A stretch of 64,000 nucleotides of DNA from the human T2T-CHM13v2.0 reference genome, Homo sapiens. The first letter of the stretch is position 1. Each line of letters opens with the position of its first letter. A program made the translations under genes and the position numbers. Location of the stretch: the NCBI RefSeq assembly GCF_009914755.1, contig NC_060944.1. One strand, written 5' to 3'. The notes beneath the pieces are model-generated. The model was not told the origin of the DNA, did no database searches, and worked only from the letters and a program-made list of their open reading frames with translations. Below, piece after piece: positions 51,140 to 61,823 of this stretch.

Positions 51140-52700
51140 TTGATTTTTTAAAATTTTTAGCCAACTTTTATTTTTATGCCTAGAAAAATACATGGGACGT
51201 TTAGGACTAATGTGCTGGGCAATTTGCTACTTAGTGATAGTAACACAATCCTGAAAAAGCAAGCACAATTATTCTGTACTTTTTAAAAGTTTTATTCAGC
51301 AATAAGACCATAATTTTTCATATTTAAGGAGTATGAAAAATTTGTGGAGTTTTAAAAGCTGAATACATGTAGCGTTGGATCAAGGCACATACAAGACTGG
51401 CCAAAGGGCGTACAATGCACTTTGGTTTTTTGTTGAAAAAAAAAAATCATGGCAACAGAAAAGTGATATGGTTTTTCAACAAGTAACAGCTCACAATTCA
51501 GTAGGAAGCTAGAAGGAAATGTTACATTACGAGTTCATTATATAATATCTGGAAAATTGTGACAGTAATGGGCAGTATTCTTGATCTTTGTAAAAGTAAA
51601 TTGAACATTTATGTACAGTGTTAAAACCTTTGACATAAACCAGATCTAAATTTGATGTCTAGTATTTATTTTTCTTTAAATTATCTCTTATTTAAAGAAC
51701 TACTTTCTCTGGATTGTTGAGGGGAATCGCTTATAATTACATTACATTTTTAATATGCATAAAGTTTCTCTGACATCCTTTATGATAAAAACATCATAAA
51801 CACTAACAATTTTGTGTTTATAATTCACTTTTCAAAAATCAGGATGGTATAGGCAAAACCAAAATGCAGTTTTGGTATTTGTGTTCATTACACTATACAA
51901 GTCTAAGTTTCCATGTTTTCCTAAGTACACATTTTCCCCCCAACTTGGAAGCACATTTACATTACCGTTTTTGTGAAGTCCTTTATTTTCAAAGCTTTGC
52001 TGACAATGGCTTTAACAGACTTCATGCTCCTTTTATGCCAGCTGATGTATTCAGTTCAGAAGATATGCTTAACTTTTTTAAGGATAATTAATTTGCCTAG
52101 AGCAAAAATGGAGATATGCAGGAAGTTTGATATTGCCCATTACTTCACACATTTTGATTTATTGAATACCACTGGGATAATACAAATTTAATAATTGGAA
52201 CATTATTTCATAACCATTTTTTAAAATTAAATTTTATCTCATTCAGCCATTCAGCCAGTTTTTTTTTTTTACATTTTATTAATACCAAAGTGAAAAATGG
52301 CCTGTGCTTATACTACAAGGATCTCATATGAATGCAGTCCTGATTGTTCGACACAGCAAGAAAATTCACTTTCACAGTCAACAAGTCATCTTACTCAGTA
52401 GAACACAAAGTAAATGGTTTATAACTCCAATATTTGCAAGGAAAATACAGTACAAATTACTAAAAAATACTAAAATATAGAATTGTGTTCAGGCATCTCC
52501 ACTACATCAATCGCAGCAGTAACCTGAAATTTGAAACTTTTAATAAAAAGTTCTTAAATATAAATTATATGGCAAATGTACAGTACATTGCTTTTTTTCA
52601 GTCTCTTTTTCCAGTGTTTTGCAGTAGAACAGGGTTCCTACCATCACCTCCCTTAGGTTTAAAAAACCCAAAACACAAGTCTGCTGTGAGTCCTTCAGCA
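51140..52700 (-). other. FLRT3: FLRT3 3'UTR (AU-rich, several polyA signals; may extend to ~50130)
   Basis: Repeat-free AT-rich sequence after the stop, with minus-strand AATAAA at 52275, 52158, 51665, 51291 and 51167. The exact 3' end cannot be fixed from sequence alone. Confidence 0.75.
51167..51296 (-). terminator. FLRT3: Tandem polyadenylation signals of FLRT3 (AATAAA 51291-51296 and 51167-51172)
   Basis: Both hexamers are followed on the minus strand by U/GU-rich tracts (ttgtgcttgcttttt; gaggttgtgt). Confidence 0.6.
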
Positions 52701-54650
52701 TCATGAGTGTGAGTGATCTGAGTCTGGAATACCACTGTCTCTGTAGCTTCGGTTACTACTGCTTTCACTGTGATTGTTTTTGTACAGATTCATTCCATTA
52801 GGAGGAAATATGGTGTGTATTACAAACTCCTCCTTCGAGATGGGTTCATTGCTTATTGGTAACATCTGAAAAGAAGTTTCCCTGATTTCCAGGATAGAGT
52901 TGTCCTTCTTAGTGCCAGCTTCTGCATAGTCATCCTTTCTTCTCCTCCCTTTGCTATATGCACAGTTCCTTGAGAAGAGCGATCCATTCCTATGAACATA
53001 CCAACACACTAAAGCAAGAAGGGCAATGGTAACCAGGGCCACAGCCCCACCAATGATGGCAGCCAAAGGTAAATTGGGGTTTTTGTAAGGTTCTTTCTCT
53101 TGCTCTCGATTGAGGGTGGTTGTAGGGTTGTACATTCGAAGGGGTGCAGTTTCAGTCTCAATACAAACAGGAGTTTCATCAAATAGGTAGAGGTTGCTGG
53201 TTTCCATGGGAACCATGCATACTTTATAGGGTGAATCAGGCTCCAGGGCTGTGACCAAGTACTCACTGCGTTCCCCTGTTACAATTGTTTCTGTTATAGA
53301 TCCAAATGCCGGGCTATGGCCCAGTTTAAGCCAGCTGAGTCTCAAAGCAGTCATAGGTAGAGCAAGTTTCCAAGAGATATGAATGGTATCAGAGGTGACA
53401 GACTTCACAGTAATTGTAATTGTTTTTCTTGAGGGACTCCCTGTGGTTTGTTGATCCTTAGTGAGCTTGGGGTTCTTAATATCTGGCTGTTTGGTCACTG
53501 GAGCTGGCCACTGTCCTTGGGCAGGATACACTGTGTTGGGTATTGCAGTGGTTATCTGAATGGTGCTTACAATCCCACTGTCCTTACAATCAAACAGTTC
53601 TGCATTGAGATCCTTAATAGCCATCCCACGAACCTTTTCTGGGGCTTGGCACATGAGCCCACGCACGTTGACCTTCACAGGTAGTGATTGTAACCAGTCA
53701 CGTACCCATTTCATCTTGCACCCGCAATACCAGGGATTGTTGCGAAGAATCAGTTGTGTTATATTGTCCAAATCATCAAAGATACCCTGAGGTAAATTAC
53801 TTAGGTTATTATTGGACATATCCAGTCGATAGAGCTGCCTTAGATAAGAAAAAGCATTTGGGGGCACCCGATTGATGTGGTTATCTTGAAGATAAAGCTT
53901 CCTCAGGTTTGTGCCTGGAAGGTTTACTGGTGCAGCAGTCAGGGAATTCCGCACCAGGGACAGCTCTGTCAAATTAACTAGGTTGAAGAAAACTTTGTCA
54001 CCTAAACCATGATTGTTCAACAGGTTTCCATCTAGAACCAGGCGTTTTAGACTAGTGAGACCTTGAAGAGATGGTGATGAAATAGTGGATATGCGATTAT
54101 CATCCAAGCGTAGTTCTTCTATAGTCCTGGGCAAACCCCAGGGAATTGTGCTAAGGTGATTACGGGACAGGAAAAGCAGTCGGAGATAGTTGCTGTCTCG
54201 GAATGCTCCCTCTTCTATGCTAACTGCAGAGACAGAGTTGTCATCTAAATGTAATTCTTCCAGATAGGGAATTTTTGAAAGTGAATCATAAGTGATAGTC
54301 CTTATGTTATTTTCTTGCAAATGTAACTCTTTTACATACTTTGGGAGGTTGGTAGGAAATTCATCTAAACTGTTGTGGTATAGGTATATTCTTTCTACTT
54401 TCAGCAAGTTTTTCAAATCTGAAGGAATCCCAGCATTATTTATTTGGTTGTTCTGAAGGTAGAGAGTTGTAGCATCCTCTGGTATTCCTGTTGGAATGGA
54501 TGTCAGAAAGCGATCATTACAGTAAATGAAACCCGCATCGCAGCGACACACAGATGGACAGGATTTAGCCATAACTGATAGAGGTGCTACTTGAAGGAAC
54601 AGCCCAATTTTAGTCCCGATGAGGAAGATGCTCCAGGCTGCGCTGATCAT
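52701..54650 (-). CDS. FLRT3: Fibronectin leucine-rich transmembrane protein 3 (649 aa), CDS in one exon
   Basis: Intact ORF: signal peptide, LRRNT (CPSVCRC), ~10 LRRs, LRRCT (NPWYCGC), FN3 domain, TM helix ([26 protein letters not shown]) and a cytoplasmic tail ending [10 protein letters not shown]. Kozak-like GCTGACC-ATG. Recognised as human FLRT3. Confidence 0.99.
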   Translation of the reverse strand: MISAAWSIFLIGTKIGLFLQVAPLSVMAKSCPSVCRCDAGFIYCNDRFLTSIPTGIPEDATTLYLQNNQINNAGIPSDLKNLLKVERIYLYHNSLDEFPTNLPKYVKELHLQENNIRTITYDSLSKIPYLEELHLDDNSVSAVSIEEGAFRDSNYLRLLFLSRNHLSTIPWGLPRTIEELRLDDNRISTISSPSLQGLTSLKRLVLDGNLLNNHGLGDKVFFNLVNLTELSLVRNSLTAAPVNLPGTNLRKLYLQDNHINRVPPNAFSYLRQLYRLDMSNNNLSNLPQGIFDDLDNITQLILRNNPWYCGCKMKWVRDWLQSLPVKVNVRGLMCQAPEKVRGMAIKDLNAELFDCKDSGIVSTIQITTAIPNTVYPAQGQWPAPVTKQPDIKNPKLTKDQQTTGSPSRKTITITVKSVTSDTIHISWKLALPMTALRLSWLKLGHSPAFGSITETIVTGERSEYLVTALEPDSPYKVCMVPMETSNLYLFDETPVCIETETAPLRMYNPTTTLNREQEKEPYKNPNLPLAAIIGGAVALVTIALLALVCWYVHRNGSLFSRNCAYSKGRRRKDDYAEAGTKKDNSILEIRETSFQMLPISNEPISKEEFVIHTIFPPNGMNLYKNNHSESSSNRSYRDSGIPDSDHSHS

Positions 54651-54745
54651 GGTCAGCAGTGTTGAGGTCTTTATACAAGGTAGCTTCCGTTACTTCAGAA
54701 CCCTAAAATGAAGTGAGTAAAAAAAGACAGAAAACAATAAGGCCA
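54651..54745 (-). promoter_or_regulatory. FLRT3: FLRT3 last-exon splice acceptor (AG at 54704-54703) and 52 nt of 5'UTR
   Basis: Minus strand reads ttgttttctgtctttttttactcacttcattttAG|ggttctgaag...ctgaccATG: a long pyrimidine tract plus AG, 52 nt upstream of the ATG. Confidence 0.88.
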
Positions 54746-56277
54746 GCATACTGAATATAATGTTTAAAAACAAATGTGGAAACTAAAATATCCATAATCA
54801 CTTTTAATATTTTCATTTGTTTTGGGAGGGGGCATAATAGGGTTTATTGCTAGCTAACAATAGACACTGTCATATAATCTCTTTACCTTAATGGTTTCTT
54901 AATTTCTTTATAAATTAAAAAGTATCTGTCCTAAATCCATTTGATTTTGAAATATTAAATATAATTGAAGTTTTATTGAATAATCCAAAGTATTTTAATT
55001 ATACTTTATATCAACCTTTAGACAGTCACTGATCAAGCTAATTGAATATCCATTTCTTACTTAATATTCATAATAAGTAACACCTTGGAATATTATTTCT
55101 TATATTTAAAGGTAATCATTTTACTGTTATCAAAAAACCACACATTTTTATATTTACTTTTTATTAGGCAAAAACTATACAGGTGTAGAAAAATGTCATA
55201 AAAATACCTATTCTCTTCATACTCAGGAATAGTTACACACATCTTGAGATCCTCAATCTCAAACCCATAGTTTGCTTTGATTATTAATGTCATTTCATTT
55301 TCTTTGGTTATTAATTTTAAGCATTATTTTAAATGGATGGATTTCTGCAAGAAAATAAGAATGATTCCTTCATTTATTTTTGGGAAAGAATTACAAAGCT
55401 AATACATCCAGCTAACCTAAGTGGAAAATTTCACTTCATATTAAATTCTGTCTTTCTTCTGTTCACATTTTGTTATATGTTTCATACTGCAGGTTTTAAT
55501 GACTTTGTCCACATTTTTCATTATTTTCTACCTCATAACGTGTTGTCACAGTGCATTTATATTTCTTTGAATTCTAACCTAGAACATAAATCAACTTTTT
55601 CTATGGCTGGCAAAGTATAGATTTATACTGATGTATTGTGTAATATAGTCTCTTCTGTCCTTTTAAGTATTAATTAGCCTTTGTAATTTTAGGCATGAAA
55701 ATAAAATACTTTGTTTTTCCTACCTTATTGAACGATGTGAGTAAATTTTGCGGGGGTGAATATCCAATGCACATATATTATTTTCCTGGTGAGGGACTGG
55801 GACTTATAAACTTTTGTTTAGTCCTTGGAAATGTTCTTCACCGTTTATTCAAGTAATCCTATGGCGTACACACCTCCAGATCAGGCTTGCTGTTGTCAAT
55901 GAACATTCCAGCTGCAGTTCAGCATGGTGGGCAAGCTCATTAAAGTGGGGGCAGAAACAATTCTGCTTCCTGTTACTATGTAGGACACATGGCTTCCTAT
56001 GTATTTTTTTTTTCTTTCTGATAGAGTTTCTGTGTGAAAGTTCCTTTTGTGTAGCTTAATTCCCTTAGTGGAAATTGCCCTCTTTGAAATTCTTATTGGC
56101 TCTTCTGTGCAATGTGGTCAGAGATAGTAACTTCAGATCCTCATGAAGAAAGTCATTCATGATGCTAAGGCCTGTATAGTAATAGGTTTTTCAGGCAGTT
56201 ACCCCCTACCTTTATTCCCATCCAGGATTATCCAAGTATAAACTTTGTACAGTAGCTACATCCTGAGGTATGATTAC

Positions 56278-56471
56278 CTGCTGTGAAATAGCTATTTCCA
56301 GCTTTTGCTTCTTGCTGATTTTTCAGAATGTCTGGTGCAGTCACGTTATACAAGAACAGGTATTCTCTTTTAAGAAGTAAAGGAAACTAAATTCTTCATT
56401 TAAAGAAAAGGAGGCATACTAAATTTCCTTTATATTTCTCTTCCTTAAAATATACTGGGACTGAGCATCTC
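56278..56471 (-). other. FLRT3: FLRT3 non-coding 5'UTR exon (194 nt)
   Basis: Minus-strand acceptor ccttttactttcacAG|gagatg (AG 56473-56472) and donor CAG|GTAATC (GT 56277-56276). Sequence matches my recollection of the FLRT3 mRNA leader. Confidence 0.75.
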
Positions 56472-59400
56472 CTGTGAAAGTAAAAGGTTTTAATGAACTA
56501 TTAATAATGAACTTTAACATACTAGAGAAATTTCCTAGACATTTAATTTCAATGTCTTAAAATAACACATCTTTCATCATAGTGGTTAGTCAGAAGGGAT
56601 AGGTTGACCTCTTTGTTTTTAGACTTCTCATTTTCTTATACAAATAAAGTAGGAGCCAAAGTTGAGATTGTCATCAAACAGATAATTTCTATTATCTGAT
56701 TGTGTCACTTTGAATTAAACACCATGGCTTTCAAATTCAAGCCAGTCTTTAAAAATTTACTTTTAAATCATATGCATAAAATGATAAAATGTTTAAAAAG
56801 AAGAAAACAAGTACATGTCAAAGAGGTGAGCAAATACATTAACAAATATTTTTGACAGAAATGCCAAGGTAACTTTTTAGGCATTTCTGAACATGATTTA
56901 ACAAAGTCACACAATCCACAATTTAGAGTTGAAAAGACTATTTTAAAAGCTTTTCTTTTGATTTGCTTAGTGCCCTGTTTGATTCCTCCTGCAGGTCTCA
57001 ATTCTCCCAACTGCAGAATGTTGACATCATCCCCTTTCTCTTTAGGGGTGTATCTAAGGACTACTTAGTGATCTTGAAACTCTAAGCACTCAGGTGTTCT
57101 TGCCCAAAAGGTGACATAGAAGTTCAAGTCATATTTAGTTTTTCTGGAGAATACTGTTCTAATTTTCTTTTAGCATACTGAGTTTGAAAAAAAAATTGTA
57201 TTTGAAATAGAAGGGACACTATTATTTCAATCTCCTTGTAGTGACCATTAGGAAAGCACATCAAAACCAGGTGGGGCATTTCTCTCTAGGTTCATACATG
57301 AATATTGCCAGTTTTTAATAAGTGTATTTTTCATTTCCAAAAGAAGACTTTTGGCTTGACTAAAGAGATCATTGAATTTAATGTTGACTGCTTTGCCCAT
57401 TATCAAATATGCACGAAGATTTTTTGAGAGTTTAGAGGAGGTGAGTAATATTTGAATTGGTTATGCAGGGTCATCCACTCTGATACTTTGTATATATGTA
57501 GGGAACATTTGAGTATCCTGGAAATATGTGACCCTCAAAGTAAGGACTAAAGTAGTAGCAATTTGCTTCTCCCACAGTTGCTATCTAACATCCAACAAGT
57601 ATAGCATCTGTTCCATAATTCAGATACTCTGCTGAACGAGTATGTTAAATAAGGCCACAATTTGTGTTTCTGGTTCTCTCCAAAAATTCAGTTTCTTTTA
57701 GTTTGCTAACTACATACCAACATGGTCATAGGCTATATTAACGGAAGAAAAGTGAAAACAATTACAGATACATATAATTTATTATTTACGCAACTTGAAA
57801 CAAAAATAGCAGTTAGCAGATGGATCAAACAGTCTCTAGTGAATATTGCAAAGTGCCCACAGAGGAAAGTTTAAATGATTTATTGTTTAATGTGAGGTTT
57901 TACTGTGATGCCTTTAGGGCTTTGCTCATTATTGTCAAATTCCAATAGTATCTTTTCTTGAAAACTGTTGCTTTCTCAGTGTGTGAAAATGGAAAACCAA
58001 GCTGTTGAAATTATAATTACAAAGTTACTTTTTAAAGTATCTTCTGTAAAAGTTTTTTAAACTTGAAAATTATTCAACATATAAAATAATGTGGTTAATT
58101 TAAGTTTAGAAAACAATTGCTTATGTTAAATTGCATTAGAAACTAATTAAAAACCATTATAAAAATAACAAGTGAGAACCTGCTTAAAATGTTACCAAGA
58201 GTCAAGCATTTCTGATATTCCAGGGATGATGGTGAGGCAATATATACTTGAGATGATGAATCCGCTGATTGGGGATTTAAAAACTGATTGTCCCCTGAGT
58301 CAGGTCAGACCACAGTGTGTCCAAGGTGATGATCATAATGATAACCAGACATAAAATAAATGTCTTTTATCTTGTGTCTGGACTATATATATATTTCACC
58401 AAATAAGGCTCTAACAATATGTATTGATTTTCACATTTTTAACCCAGAGAATGAAAGAGTTCTAAATTGGTGTGAAAAGACGGAAGATTAATTTGTTTAT
58501 TTTACCTGTTTTACATTTGTGAAGCTGCTTTCTCTATTCTGTTTGATATGCAAACTCACATTTGCCATTCATACAATAGTGGTAATAATGTGGGATTAAC
58601 AGAAAGCCTTAAATCTCATTAAGTTCTTGGAAAATGTCATTCTCTTCTCCCCACATTGTATTAAAATAAAAGGCAAAAACATAAAACAGGTTTCTTAGGA
58701 GAGAAGGATACTCTTTCGGAAATGAAGATTACGTTCAGAGCTACTCTCATATGCCCCTGCTCCCTTAGGCTCAAAACAGTTCATGTTTAACTACGTTTTA
58801 TATCTTCTCTTTCCCATTTATGTTTGAAACTATAGTGCTAAACAGATTTTTGGGTTTTGGTTTTGGCATATTAAAGGCTGCAAGGATCTCTTCATCAAAA
58901 ATGAACGATCCTCTCCTATCCTTAGACCTTCCCCTTTCTGAGCTGGATCTACATATTTGCGCACCTAGAAATACTGTAGTCAAATGTCGATGATGAAAAG
59001 AAAAATGACCCCCACTGGCATGGACACTGTGGCCAGGTTTCCATAACACTGACTTCAGAGCCTTTCTGTCCGCCTAGGCTTGAAAGAGGCCATTACTTCT
59101 GAACAAAATGAATCGATCTTTTAGAAAAATACTGTTAATGGGGTAACTTGGGAGGAAAACATAAATGAAGCCCTGGTAACTTAATGGAATGTTTAAAAAC
59201 ATTTTTTAATGGAATCATTATTTAACTATAAAACACTTAAAACTGTAGTAAAAAGAAGAAAAACATAACCACCTCACTGATGAATCAAATTTTTAATAGG
59301 GATCCTTATATTCATATTCAGTTTATTTTTACAAATAAAAATTGTGGGGTTTTTTTGCATTTATAATGTAATCATCAAGTCTGAAAGCTTCCAATTTATT

Positions 59401-61802
59401 TCCATGATACACCCAATAAAACATGTAAATAGATAAGGATACTATTTTAGGGAAACTAATATAAGAAGTTGTATCTGAATAGAAAACTAGTATTTAAATA
59501 AAATCAAGAGCTTGCGGCAATCTACATGTTTATGTGATTTCTTCCCTGCTACTACAATATTTTGGAGGTGGGAGTGTTATGAGAAGGTATTTCTTATGTT
59601 TTGAGAATATTACTTAGATTAAGATGAAGCTGTATAATAGTAGTGCTAACTTCTTATTTAATGCCTTAGATTTAAATTGATTTTGATTTGACCTGTTTGA
59701 TCATTAGTCATTTTTTAAAAATATTAATTCAAGTATAAGGTTTTGAGATTATAGTTTATTTTTAATGATTTCTCTCACAGAATGATTTCTTAATGCTGGG
59801 GACTTTTAAAAATATTCAATCTAAAATCTAATGGCATGTAGAACTTTTAATCCAAGTTAGTTGCATTGTTTTAAGTAAAACCTTGAGACTAAAGAAAACA
59901 CATGCCTAAACAAATGTATCCAACTTTGTGAATATTTCTAGGTAAACTGGAATTTATACAATCATAATTTAGAGTATTAGGAAGGTAATTTATTTATGAA
60001 GGCTTAAATTGCTGCCAAAAAAGCTCAACCTGTGAATGCTAAGCCTTTGCAACAACAAACGGTATTTCAAATAAACTACATATACGGTTAAACTGAAAAA
60101 CTGGAGTACATCAGGTTAGTTGATAGTGACAGCAAAATGCTTTCTAAGCAGCCTGTCTGGTAGTTAAATTTTCCATGATCATCAGATTTCAGGAAAGTTC
60201 CAATTCTTTTGTTCAATGCCAGGCAAGCAGAAGGACCTCTAACTCTCCTCTTGAGAGTCATGAAGTCTGAAGGGTTTGCTGAGAGGCAGAGAAGCAAGTG
60301 TGCCTTTTCATACTTGGTTTTATCCAGACTATTTTCTAGCCTGAACAAGGTCCTTGTTTCATTTATGGAAAATAGAGGATAAAATTTCCAATGCTAAGTA
60401 TTTTTACTTTTTCTTTTTCTGTTACTGGTTATTTTCCCCGGTACGTTTCTGACAAATGAATCAAATTCTGCTTCATTTATTTTGACTTGTAAAGTTAAAT
60501 CAAGCATCCTTAAAACAAAAAGGCAAACTGGGATATTATCCGTCAGCATAGTGAATGCTGCTTCCTTTTATGATATTAAACCCAAAGTAAATGAATTAGA
60601 GAACAAGAGTTGTAAGAACGAGTAAGATATTAATTTAGAGAGTGGTGAAGGTAAGTGGTGCAGAGTTTGGGGTGGGGGCATGCTTTAAATTTGTGCTTTT
60701 GAGCAAATGCAATTAAAAGTTTGCCTACTTTTGTTAAACCACGTTTTACCATTGCAGACTTCAAATTCCTTTTTAACAGTGTGGGTACAACTTGGTTGAT
60801 GTGCTTTAAATTTCTAATATTTAAGTTTCCATACAGTAGTTCAGCAAATACATTTATTTTAGTCTACTGTGTGGCAAGCACTATACTGGTCGGTGAGACC
60901 ACCTGAAATCATAAAATACATTGTTTTTCATGTCCAAGCAGGGTATTACTTAAACCAGATGAAGAGGAAGAAAATCAACAACACATAAACTGATCAATCC
61001 ACAGTCCAGTGGCACACTTTAAAAATGGTTTTTAACCAAATGTGGTCTGTGGGTTTTCTCTTCAAAGTTGCCTCGGTAACTTGTGCACATGTAAAGTGAA
61101 AGAATAAAGAACAAAAGCTGTCATTGTCTCATCGAGTGAGAGCAATTTCTCCCTCCTTTGATTTAAACAGAATAATACCTGCAGAAAGCTTTTTATACAT
61201 CCCTGACACTTGATTTTAGGGTAGGAAAGAGATTATGCATATGCAAAACAAATGAAATTTTAGCTTTTGCTTAAATTATATTCTATTGCTTTCTACTTAA
61301 AATCTGTTTTCTCTGGGGTTTTCGTAAATAGATAACTCAAAGTTCTTTCTTACACAACATAAACATAGCTTTGAAAACTGTCTTTTAGTGTGATGTTTAA
61401 CCAAATTGAGTGATGTCGATCTGTATTTTGAAACTGGAAAATACTTTTTGAAATGTGTATACCTATTTTCTTAAGAGGAAGAATGCTGTTTCAGAAGACC
61501 AACTCTTTGTTGGAAATTTATTTGTTGACTTTCAGTAAATTTTTGAAATGGTGGAATGTTAGAAGGAGCTGAGAAACATCCCTTTTTATGCTCTGAAGAG
61601 AAAATGCAGTTTTGAGGATTAATATTGCTGAGAGATTTTTACTGTAGAGTTTTTGCCCACTGGGGGGTGGTACACTCTACCAGAACACTGCTTTCTGAAG
61701 CCGCAAGTCAGATGTTGGCTGCTGCTGGCCAGTTTTTCTCTGGTTTAATTACAACAAAGCCTCCCGTTGAGAAGAACAGTGAAGGCCTCTGGGGCAAAAG
61801 GT

Positions 61803-61823
61803 GGGGGGTGGGAGGGAAGGGGG
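61803..61823 (+). other. Canonical G-quadruplex motif in the upstream FLRT3 intron
   Basis: GGGGGG-T-GGG-A-GGG-AA-GGGGG. Confidence 0.7.

Noticed and set aside
53009-53875. ORFs overlapping the FLRT3 CDS in other frames or the opposite strand
   Set aside because: Short shadow ORFs expected within a real CDS; no homology recognised.
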